Sequence record: SRR22947725_3534
Reading direction: 5' to 3' (one strand)
Length of the DNA stretch: 58,029 nt
Shown here: positions 8,698-17,035 of the stretch, piece after piece
How positions within the stretch are numbered: the stretch's first letter is position 1
Layout of the letters: every line of letters begins with the position of its first letter
Program-made: the position numbers and the translations under genes
The notes under the pieces: model-generated
What the model saw: the letters and a program-made list of their open reading frames with translations, nothing else
Databases searched by the model: none
What the model was told of the DNA's origin: nothing

Positions 8698-9642
8698 ATG
8701 AAGTTTCTTCCAATCGTTTTCTTCTTTTTCTCTTTCTTTTTATGGGGAGAAGATTTCATGATTAAAAAGGCAGGGAATTTAAAGGGGATTCTTAATGCCA
8801 AAGGAGATGCTTGGATCGAGGTTAAGGAGGACAAAGGTTTGCTCGAACGTTATCTAGCACCCTGGCAGGGAGGTTCGCCTGCCCGAGGGGGTGGTTTTGA
8901 TTTAAAGACGCTTGGTGTTTTTAAAGAACTCGTGGTCGGAAACCGGGTACGATTGGATTGGTTTTGGGATGGTCATCTAAGAGTTCGTTCAATCAAAATT
9001 ATCAATCCATTTAAAAGAAATGGGGTTATGAACGGCATTCTTGTTCAAAAAGGAGACAGATGGATTGATGTTGAAAGTGAGGATAGTTTTTTACCCTGGC
9101 GGTTTTATCCAAAATGGGTTGGTGGTATGCCTGAATCTGGTGGTGGGTATAATCCGACCACCTTGGCATTCTTTGATAAGTTTGATGTGAATGAGCCAGT
9201 TCGTATCGTTTGGAGTTATGACCACCGTCCCCGAATCGAGCGATTTATAGAACAAGAAATAGAGGATGTATTTATACCTTTTTATGAAGGCAAAACAATT
9301 CCTGTCGGTGTAATTAATTCACAATCAGTTCGTCCCTCGGTTAATCCATTTGACCAAGCGTTCCCGGCACCCCAAGCCAATCCATTTGATCAAGCGGTTC
9401 CGGCACCTCAAGCCAACCCATTTGATCAAGTGCCTAACTCCAGCCCTTTTAACCCCTTTGATTCACCAAGTTTACCTTCGAGTAATCCGTTTGATGAGAC
9501 GGGCAATAGTAAGCAACAACCTAAATCGCCCTTGAGTAATAACCCATTCGATAATGTTCCTGCCCCAGCGGGGAAGCAATCCAATCCCTTTGAAAATGTT
9601 CCCTTACCGGGAAACCCATTTGATGCTTTGCCTAAGAACTAA
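8698..9642 (+). CDS. Secreted hypothetical protein with a tandem duplicated beta domain and a C-terminal NPF-repeat tail
   Basis: Signal-peptide-like start; two homologous units (GILxxKGDxWIxV...WxGGxPxxGGG...VRxxWxxD); eight NPF[DE] motifs. Confidence 0.75.
   Translation: MKFLPIVFFFFSFFLWGEDFMIKKAGNLKGILNAKGDAWIEVKEDKGLLERYLAPWQGGSPARGGGFDLKTLGVFKELVVGNRVRLDWFWDGHLRVRSIKIINPFKRNGVMNGILVQKGDRWIDVESEDSFLPWRFYPKWVGGMPESGGGYNPTTLAFFDKFDVNEPVRIVWSYDHRPRIERFIEQEIEDVFIPFYEGKTIPVGVINSQSVRPSVNPFDQAFPAPQANPFDQAVPAPQANPFDQVPNSSPFNPFDSPSLPSSNPFDETGNSKQQPKSPLSNNPFDNVPAPAGKQSNPFENVPLPGNPFDALPKN
9343..9432 (+). repeat. 36-bp tandem repeat, about 2.5 copies, encoding NPFDQAxPAPQA
   Basis: aatccatttgaccaagcgttcccggcaccccaagcc / aatccatttgatcaagcggttccggcacctcaagcc / aacccatttgatcaagtg. 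Confidence 0.85.
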
Positions 9643-9646
9643 ATTC

Positions 9647-10939
9647 TTACCGTAAAAATGGGTTTGAATTGAAAGTTGAGTTCTCGTTTTTAATGGTAAT
9701 TTGAGAACCATTGGAAAGGAGCCAATTTGCTTCGCTGGTCATGCCTTTCTGCCACATTCTCTTTAACTTCGTTCTTTTCCGATCAATTCTTTCGTCGAGA
9801 GGAATGATATCATTGGATTGTTTGCTAGACCACAGAATGTCAATAATAACACCCCTTGAATCCAACCCCACAATCTCAACTGCTGCTCCCTGTTTTTCGA
9901 ATTGAGATAACATCTCAGGATCTAAAGTAGTGTCAATGGCAAGCAAGGTTTCATTCGCCAAATTCATCGCATCAAAGACAAAATCTTCGTATGTTGCGTT
10001 GAAGCGAGCATTAAGAAGGAAGCCGTCCATATTTCGGATGGCGATTGCCTGAATATGTGAGGACCAAATGGGAGTAATTTCATTTCCTCTTTCGTCAATT
10101 GCACAAACTAAAGCCGGTGCATTATTTGGGTTTCGGTAGGAAGGAATCTCCAATATCTTTTTTGCTGCTTCATCAATTGCTCGTGAAAACCCGTCTGAAC
10201 TAGCGGGGTGAACGGTATCCAATCTTTTATTATCCGGCATGTTAACAATTAAAGCATGAGTTTGTGGATAGTAGGTGTATTGTTCCGCTGAAAGCACGCC
10301 ATTTTCATTAAAACTACCTTCTTCCCGAAGGAGTTCATCTAAAGTTAGTATTTTACCTCTAGGGTGGAAATAGGAGCGGTATGGACCGACTGGTTTACCA
10401 TCTGAGAAAGAAGCATCGAGACGAAGATGATTGGTTACTTCCAATTCACCAGGATCCATTCCTTTATCGTTTAATTGATCGAGGTAACGATTTACATCAC
10501 TCGGAGAACTAGGATAATACAGTTTGAAAGTACCATCTAATTCTCCATTACTATACGATTTTTCATAGACCAATTCTCCGGTCTTTCCGTACGCGATAAA
10601 TAAACCGTTTCGTTTCCCTTTTTTGAATGCCCCGCTTACTAATTCTAAGCCATTTTCTTGCCAGAAAGTAAAGTTTCCATCCTTTAACCCATTTACAAAA
10701 CCAATTTTGAAGTGATCGTTTCCATCTGGGTAATGGTCGACAATAAAAGCTCGTTTAGTGCTCCCGAAAGGTTTCTCACTACCTAACTGGTACAGGATTT
10801 GTGTTCCATTCTCATCCCTCCTGTATTCAACATCATCGGGGTGAAGTTCTTTATCAGAGCATGCAGCAAGCAAAAAGAAAAATACTAAATAAGCGGTCCG
10901 GTAGAATTTTCTAAATGTATGATTGAATTGAATGCTCAT
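9647..10939 (-). CDS. Lipoprotein with MORN-variant (YwqK-like) repeats
   Basis: Lipobox LLAAC; repeats FVNGLKDGNFTFW, FKKGKRNGLFIAY, YSNGELDGTFKLY, FSDGKPVGPYRSY. Confidence 0.7.
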   Translation of the reverse strand: MSIQFNHTFRKFYRTAYLVFFFLLAACSDKELHPDDVEYRRDENGTQILYQLGSEKPFGSTKRAFIVDHYPDGNDHFKIGFVNGLKDGNFTFWQENGLELVSGAFKKGKRNGLFIAYGKTGELVYEKSYSNGELDGTFKLYYPSSPSDVNRYLDQLNDKGMDPGELEVTNHLRLDASFSDGKPVGPYRSYFHPRGKILTLDELLREEGSFNENGVLSAEQYTYYPQTHALIVNMPDNKRLDTVHPASSDGFSRAIDEAAKKILEIPSYRNPNNAPALVCAIDERGNEITPIWSSHIQAIAIRNMDGFLLNARFNATYEDFVFDAMNLANETLLAIDTTLDPEMLSQFEKQGAAVEIVGLDSRGVIIDILWSSKQSNDIIPLDERIDRKRTKLKRMWQKGMTSEANWLLSNGSQITIKNENSTFNSNPFLR

Positions 10940-10984
10940 GAGATAACATAATATCTACAAGTTAATAACAGTCGCAAGGAAAAC

Positions 10985-11749
10985 TTATTGAGTCCTTGTT
11001 CGAACTTGTTGGGCAATTTCAAGGACATCGCTCGCCGGTAAAGTGACAATTTCTGATGGTCTGCCACCGACCATTTTATATACCACTACTCCCAACCATT
11101 TTCCACTCTGGTCAAAAACTGGAGTACCTGGGCTAGTATTTTCGATTACAAAGTACTTACGGGGTTTTTGTATGACTGCATTTACCCAGCCTCGTTGAAG
11201 GGTGGATTGTCGATAAAGAGTCTGTCTTAACTTTCCAATTGAAACTACCTCGTCTAAAATTAATGGATCGGCCTTTTGTTTTGCTTGGGATGGAACTTTC
11301 GAAAAAATAACCTCTTTATATTCATCCATTCTCTCCTTAATCGGAAGGACATAAGCGAGGTCGAGGTCTACATCTTTTAATAGAAGCTTGGCGGGTACCT
11401 CGGTCCCGTCCTGCATTAAAAGCATCACTTCCGTGTAGTTTACATTCACGGATGCACCAGGGGTGCGTATTCGCGAAAGAATATTGGCAGTCGGGTCGAC
11501 TTTATTCAGAGAGAGCACGGTAAGACCATCCTCTGCAATAATGGTTCCGAGTGCTTCCAGTTTTTGTTCTTGGGGAGGAAGGCTTCTTCCCCCCGCACTA
11601 ATTTCCAATTTTACCGTTACTGAAACCCAGGTAACGCAATTCGCATTTTCCTTGAGCAATTTTCTCCACAGTATTTCCGGTTTTTTTCCCAATGCTTGAA
11701 ATGAAACTCCAAGAAAAAGAGCGAGTGTGAAAAGTACGAGTTTTTTCAT
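10985..11749 (-). CDS. Secreted trypsin-like (S1C-like) domain protein, catalytically degenerate
   Basis: GTIIAEDGLTVLS, DVDLDLAYV and SPGTPVFDQSGKWLGV follow the trypsin fold, but TNxHV and GNSGG are missing. Confidence 0.65.
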   Translation of the reverse strand: MKKLVLFTLALFLGVSFQALGKKPEILWRKLLKENANCVTWVSVTVKLEISAGGRSLPPQEQKLEALGTIIAEDGLTVLSLNKVDPTANILSRIRTPGASVNVNYTEVMLLMQDGTEVPAKLLLKDVDLDLAYVLPIKERMDEYKEVIFSKVPSQAKQKADPLILDEVVSIGKLRQTLYRQSTLQRGWVNAVIQKPRKYFVIENTSPGTPVFDQSGKWLGVVVYKMVGGRPSEIVTLPASDVLEIAQQVRTRTQ

Positions 11750-11770
11750 ATAAGTTTTGTCAGACTCCGT

Positions 11771-13795
11771 TTACGTGTTATCCCAATCGGGTTCAAGTTC
11801 AAGAAACAGGGTATGAATGCCTCTTTTCACAAAGAATATAATTCGTTTCTCTTTGTTTTTGATCCATTGATTCATTTTCTTTTCGAACAAATCAACCTCA
11901 CTCATACTCTCTCCATTAATATTGAGAACTAAATCGCCCTGTCTCAGACCAGCAAGAGATGCCCAACCTGCAGGTTCCACATTTTCGACCACCAATCCGG
12001 GTTCCTTTTCCTTGAGCCTTTTGCTTACTCGGTCACCAAATGATAATTCACGAACTGTAAACTCGAAGGTCTCTTCTTCATAATCCGGTAGTTCATTGGA
12101 AGGATCCGGGCGTTTTTCCAAAGTAACATTAAGGTCAAGTTTTTTTCCGTCGCGCATTCCGGAAAATAGGGCAAGTGAGCCAGGTTTATATTCTTTGATC
12201 ATATTTCCAAAAACTTCTGCATCTTCAGTTCGGTAAGCTTGGATAATCTGCCCATCAATTCGAAACAGAAGATCTCCCGCTTGCATGCCAGCTTTTTGGG
12301 AAGGTGTTCTGGGGTAGACTTGTGCAATTCTAACTCCTCTTGTTGTTTTAGGCATATTAAGGGCTTCAGCAAGTTCACGGGTTAATACTTGTGTGGATAC
12401 CCCTAACCATGGTTTCCAAGCCTGAACTGGGCGATTTTCTTCCGCTTCCGGTCCAATCTTGACTACCGTTAACAACTTGGCCATGTCTCGTTCAAAACTG
12501 ACCAGAGTAGAAACCGGTTCATTTTTCCCTTCGGTTATTTTTTTGGATAGGCGAACCAGATCTGCTATACCAGTTACCGGACTTCCGTTTATTCCAGTGA
12601 TCACATCCCCGCGGTTTAGGCTAGGTTTTGCACTGTTGGAAGGCCCTCCCCGGCCAACCGAGTGAACCTGTGCACCCTTCTTCGATGAGCGCCGTGCTTC
12701 AAGTGATGACATTAAGGTGAAGTCCCGAATGGTAATACCCCAACTTTTCAATTCTCTTTCTTTGGCAAATGCAGATTCGCGAGTGGCCGTAGTCAGTACC
12801 CATGACATCTTTTTATTTTTCCTAAGCCCCGTTATCTTCAACTTCTTACCAACCTTCATTCCATAGGATAATTGATTGAAAAGAGGAAGGTCCTCTGCAA
12901 TTCGAGCCATGACTGTACGACCGTCGTAAGTTTTGATTAAATCCCCGGGTTTCAAGCCGGCATCCTCAGCAGGGGATTCTTCAATAATACCAGCAACTAA
13001 GATTCCCTTCTCATTGGGATTCAGTACGGGTTGACATTCCAGTCCAGTCCAACAACGGGAAATAAATCCGTTCTCGGCTAATTCTTTGGAAACGGTGCGT
13101 GCTAAGTTGGACGGAATCGCTCCGCCCAAGCTACCAATTCCGACTTCGTTAATACCAATAATATATCCCTTTTCATCGACAAGTGGTCCCCCGCTGTTTC
13201 CAGGGAAAATGACTGCATCATGCCCCAACCAGCGCACTAATTCCCCCACATTCTCTCCATCCAGCCTAAAAGAACCCTTATTGGGAGAAATGAGTGCGAC
13301 ATTGGAAACGATGCCACGGGTTACGGATTGGGAAAGTCCTGCCGGGCTTCCCATTGCAAAGCATACATCTCCAATCTCCACCTTATCCGAGTCTGCAAAA
13401 TTGGCCACAGTGAGAGGTTTACTATTTGCAGGGCGATCCTCCATTCTTAGAAGTAGTACTGCAAGGTCAGTCATCGGATCTGCACCTAATAAATCGGCCA
13501 TAACTTCCTCGCCGTTATGTAGCCTGCAGGTGATTCTGGTTGCTTTGCCCGCCACATGGTGGTTAGTCACCACGCGTCCATCCTTGGAAATAATGACTCC
13601 ACTCCCTGTTGCCCGTGATTTCATCATCCTTCCACTCGAACCCTGTTCTGAAACCACTTCGATTCGAACAATTGCGGGGTACACATTTTCCACTGCTTCA
13701 GCGAGGGGCAGGGTGGGGGCGTTTTGAGTTTCTGCCCATGAATAGGAATTCAATAGTAAGCAAAAAAGTAGTATGTTTCGGTATGTATTGAGCAT
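11771..13795 (-). CDS. HtrA/DegP-family serine protease with multiple (about 4) PDZ domains
   Basis: GSGVII, TNHHV, DPMTDLAV and GNSGGP give an intact triad; PDZ motifs SPAEDAGLKPGD, LNRGDVI, AGMQAGD, AGLRQGD. Start placed at the ATG before the signal peptide (MLNTYRNILLFCLLL). Confidence 0.92.
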   Translation of the reverse strand: MLNTYRNILLFCLLLNSYSWAETQNAPTLPLAEAVENVYPAIVRIEVVSEQGSSGRMMKSRATGSGVIISKDGRVVTNHHVAGKATRITCRLHNGEEVMADLLGADPMTDLAVLLLRMEDRPANSKPLTVANFADSDKVEIGDVCFAMGSPAGLSQSVTRGIVSNVALISPNKGSFRLDGENVGELVRWLGHDAVIFPGNSGGPLVDEKGYIIGINEVGIGSLGGAIPSNLARTVSKELAENGFISRCWTGLECQPVLNPNEKGILVAGIIEESPAEDAGLKPGDLIKTYDGRTVMARIAEDLPLFNQLSYGMKVGKKLKITGLRKNKKMSWVLTTATRESAFAKERELKSWGITIRDFTLMSSLEARRSSKKGAQVHSVGRGGPSNSAKPSLNRGDVITGINGSPVTGIADLVRLSKKITEGKNEPVSTLVSFERDMAKLLTVVKIGPEAEENRPVQAWKPWLGVSTQVLTRELAEALNMPKTTRGVRIAQVYPRTPSQKAGMQAGDLLFRIDGQIIQAYRTEDAEVFGNMIKEYKPGSLALFSGMRDGKKLDLNVTLEKRPDPSNELPDYEEETFEFTVRELSFGDRVSKRLKEKEPGLVVENVEPAGWASLAGLRQGDLVLNINGESMSEVDLFEKKMNQWIKNKEKRIIFFVKRGIHTLFLELEPDWDNT

Positions 13796-13915
13796 AATGG
13801 AATAATGTATAAGCGTAACGGAGTAGTTCTTTCGTTTGACTACGAACTCGACATCATTCAATTGATGTCTATCCTTGAGTAAAGGCTCAAGCAAGAAAAC
13901 AAAAGGAAAAGATAC

Positions 13916-15286
13916 ATGAAAGACAGTTCAAGTGCCTCACCAATTCTTTCCGACAGGCAACGGAAGTTTCTAGGGTTCGTGGCTTGTTTTGCCGGTGCAT
14001 TATTACTGGGATGTTTACTGGCCTCAGTCATTTTAATATTGAATCGTGCCTTTGACTTGTTTGGCGGGGTCATCTGGTCATTGGCAATCTCGGGTATGCT
14101 CGCCATTTTGCTTCGCCCGATCGTGACCTTTTTAGAGGAGAAGATTAAACTGGGTCGTTTTTCCTCCATACTCTTACTTTACATACTAGTAATAACATCG
14201 GCTGGTTCTGCGACTTGGTTACTAGGAGGGAAAATAATTTTTCAAACCAAAGAATTTTTGGGAACCGCAGCAGATTGGCCAGATCAACTCGAGGAAAAAG
14301 CGAAGGACTCACTTCCACCTGAAACTTGGGAGTCGATTTCCGGGCAGGTGGAATCTTTCAAAGAATACTGGAAAGGAATTGTAGGAGAAGAGACTAACAG
14401 CATTCTGGTTTTACCCCCCCCTGAGCAGGAGATTTATGATACCCTTGGAACTGATCAAAGGGAAACTTTTCGCTTACTTGATTCGGAGGAAAAGCATGTC
14501 TTTTTTGCAATCGAAGAAAAAGTCGAGCAAATCGAATACTTGGATCGCAAGGCAAGCGAGATTCACAACCGTGCGATGGAGACAATGGAAAAGCAGGGTG
14601 GTGAAATAGCTGAAAAGTCGGCGGCTGTTATTCAGTCAGCTTGGAGTGGATTGCTCGGATTCTTTGCCCAAATGACTTACCTTGCCGTTATTCCTATCTA
14701 TCTTTTTTATTTTCTTAGCTCCAATCGTAATCTAATTGATGAATTAGACCGGGAATTAAGCTTTCTTTCTGATTCAGTAAGAGAGGATGTGCTTTTCTTA
14801 ATCCGGGAATTTGTAAGTATACTGGTTTCCTTCTTTCGTGGACAACTTATGATTGGACTGCTTATGGGGGTCGGATATGCAATCGGGTTTAGCATTAGCG
14901 GATTAAAATTTGGAATTACTCTAGGACTACTCTTTGGCTTGTTAAATATAGTACCCTATCTTGGATCGATTGTCGGAATTATCACCGCACTTTTGGTTGC
15001 TTATTTGCAACCAGAGGGAATTGCAGAGACCGGCGAATGGAATGTTTTGATTGGGTGTGGTATATCTTTTGTGATCGTCCAGGTAATCGAGAGCTATTAC
15101 CTGACACCCAAAATAATGGGACAGCAAACTGGTCTTCATCCCGTTGTGGTTATGGTCTCAATCTTTTTCTGGGGTACTGCCTTAGGAGGTATTCTAGGCA
15201 TGATATTCGGTATCCCACTGACCGCATTTATTATTGTTGCTTGGCGGTTATTGTGCAGAAAATATTTTAATCGTTCTTTTTGTTAA
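13916..15286 (+). CDS. AI-2E (PerM/UPF0118) family transporter
   Basis: FFRGQL, LLNIVPYLG, ESYYLTPKIMG, GLHPV and GGILGMIFGIPL motifs. Confidence 0.9.
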   Translation: MKDSSSASPILSDRQRKFLGFVACFAGALLLGCLLASVILILNRAFDLFGGVIWSLAISGMLAILLRPIVTFLEEKIKLGRFSSILLLYILVITSAGSATWLLGGKIIFQTKEFLGTAADWPDQLEEKAKDSLPPETWESISGQVESFKEYWKGIVGEETNSILVLPPPEQEIYDTLGTDQRETFRLLDSEEKHVFFAIEEKVEQIEYLDRKASEIHNRAMETMEKQGGEIAEKSAAVIQSAWSGLLGFFAQMTYLAVIPIYLFYFLSSNRNLIDELDRELSFLSDSVREDVLFLIREFVSILVSFFRGQLMIGLLMGVGYAIGFSISGLKFGITLGLLFGLLNIVPYLGSIVGIITALLVAYLQPEGIAETGEWNVLIGCGISFVIVQVIESYYLTPKIMGQQTGLHPVVVMVSIFFWGTALGGILGMIFGIPLTAFIIVAWRLLCRKYFNRSFC

Positions 15287-15547
15287 GGTTTACCTGGGGG
15301 ACGAACCGGTTAGATCGCTTCACATGATTCTTTTTATTATTGATACACCAGTTTGACATGCCATTTGACAAATTCGTTAAAAGTTTCCAAAAGGTACTAA
15401 AATAAGGGTCACTTAGACAGTAAACTAGGTTAGTTCGAGTTCTGTTATTTAAATTACCTAACTAGAAGTTAAAAAAGGTCTGAAGTGGGTGGTTTCTGAT
15501 TGGCAGAAAAGCGATAAAATTTTTTGATAGAAATCAATTATAATACT

Positions 15548-16240
15548 ATGAAAACCATCTACTTCTTTTTTCTACCCTTCGTCATTCTATACTCCGTTTT
15601 AGGGGCCAGGGAAAAATCTCAATCTCTTTTTAACGGAAAAGATTTAACTGGCTGGACGATGGATATTCCGGCCTGTGATAAAAAACCGGATTTGCCAAAA
15701 CCATTTATTGTTCGGGATGGTATGCTGGTGAGTCTAGGGAAGCCATTTGGGCATTTGCTGACCGAAAAGGAGTTTGAGAATTATCGATTGATTGCGGAGT
15801 ATCGTTTTGCTGGTAAACCCGGAAACTGTGGCGTTTTGGTCCATGCATCAAAACTGCGAAATTTGTACAAAATGTATCCCCAATCAATTGAGGTACAGAT
15901 GAACCATACTCATGCGGGAGATTTTTGGTGTATCGTGCAAAATATTGAAGTTCCCAATATGATAACAAGGAGAGGGGCCAAGGAGAAATGGGGAATTACC
16001 GAGGGAAAAGCCCGACGAATTCTTAATTTGACTGACGGATCCGAAAATCCGGTTGGGGAATGGAATCGAATGCAGATTGAGTGTTTGGGGGATGAAGTAA
16101 AAGTCTGGGTAAATAGTGAACTGGTAAACCATGGTCATTCCTGCACTGCGAAGAGGGGAAAACTTTCCATTCAGGCAGAAGGTTCAGAAGTGGAATTTCG
16201 CCGACTCGATCTGACTACAATTCAAAAACTTAGTAAGTAA
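15548..16240 (+). CDS. DUF1080 (3-keto-disaccharide hydrolase-like) secreted protein
   Basis: SLFNGKDLTGW, GNCGV, GEWNRMQI, SIQAEGSEVEFR; signal peptide starting at ATG 15548. Confidence 0.9.
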   Translation: MKTIYFFFLPFVILYSVLGAREKSQSLFNGKDLTGWTMDIPACDKKPDLPKPFIVRDGMLVSLGKPFGHLLTEKEFENYRLIAEYRFAGKPGNCGVLVHASKLRNLYKMYPQSIEVQMNHTHAGDFWCIVQNIEVPNMITRRGAKEKWGITEGKARRILNLTDGSENPVGEWNRMQIECLGDEVKVWVNSELVNHGHSCTAKRGKLSIQAEGSEVEFRRLDLTTIQKLSK

Positions 16241-16254
16241 CAAGGAATTAAACT

Positions 16255-16956
16255 ATGACTTTAATTTACCTTGTTATGGCACTTGCACCGGCTCTCGCCA
16301 TTGCACTTTATATTTACTGGAAAGATAAGCATGAAAAGGAACCCGTGGGTGTTTTAGTCATGTGCTTTATCCTAGGGGTCTTAATTTGTTTTCCTGCAGG
16401 CTTTTGGAATTCAGGGGTATTTGAAATATTCAAGTTCGACTTGGCGGACAAAAATAATGACATGCTGGTGTCTTTTTTTATGGCTTTCTTTGTGGTTGGT
16501 CTGGGGGAGGAGTTGTTGAAATATTTAGTGGTGGTTTTGTATGCTTTTCGAAAGCCAAGCTTTAATGAACCCTTTGACGGAATTGTATATGCGGTAATGG
16601 TCAGTCTTGGATTTGCCGCGTTTGAAAATGTTATTTATGTGATGGAAGGGGGATTGGGGGTGGCAATTATGCGGATGTTTACTGCTGTTCCCATGCATGC
16701 AGCTTTTGCGGTGATCATGGGATACTACATCGGATTATCTAAATATTACAAGGGGAACGCCCGAACTGAAAAGAGTCTCAAAGGATTATTGTATGCTGTC
16801 CTGCTCCACGGCTTTTATGATTTTGTTCTATTCCAGGATGATATACCGCTGTTGAAACTTTTGATCTTCCCGTTAATTGTATGGGCATTTTTCCTATGTC
16901 GGAAAGCGATGAAAAAACACTTGGATGTTTCTCCATTTCATCCTGATAGGAAGTAG
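16255..16956 (+). CDS. PrsW-family intramembrane metalloprotease
   Basis: EELLK, EPFDGIVYA, GFAAFEN, AVPMHA and LLHGFYD motifs. Confidence 0.92.
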   Translation: MTLIYLVMALAPALAIALYIYWKDKHEKEPVGVLVMCFILGVLICFPAGFWNSGVFEIFKFDLADKNNDMLVSFFMAFFVVGLGEELLKYLVVVLYAFRKPSFNEPFDGIVYAVMVSLGFAAFENVIYVMEGGLGVAIMRMFTAVPMHAAFAVIMGYYIGLSKYYKGNARTEKSLKGLLYAVLLHGFYDFVLFQDDIPLLKLLIFPLIVWAFFLCRKAMKKHLDVSPFHPDRK

Positions 16957-17035
16957 GGATTTGAAAATGTGCGCAAGATTCCCTTGAAACCATTTCATTC
17001 TTGGATGATGGATAGGGGAAAACAATTACTATTTA

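Noticed and set aside
9343-9432. 36-bp repeats as a CRISPR array
   Set aside because: The repeats are contiguous without spacers, in frame within a CDS, and no cas genes are present.
13086-13727. 213-aa antisense ORF in htrA and other antisense ORFs (e.g. 57349-57870, 4740-5159)
   Set aside because: Shadow ORFs opposite well-supported genes, with no motifs of their own.
15287-15547. Possible sRNA in the 260-bp spacer
   Set aside because: Only weak, interrupted pairings and a tandem TTTGACA, which is consistent with ordinary promoter sequence.
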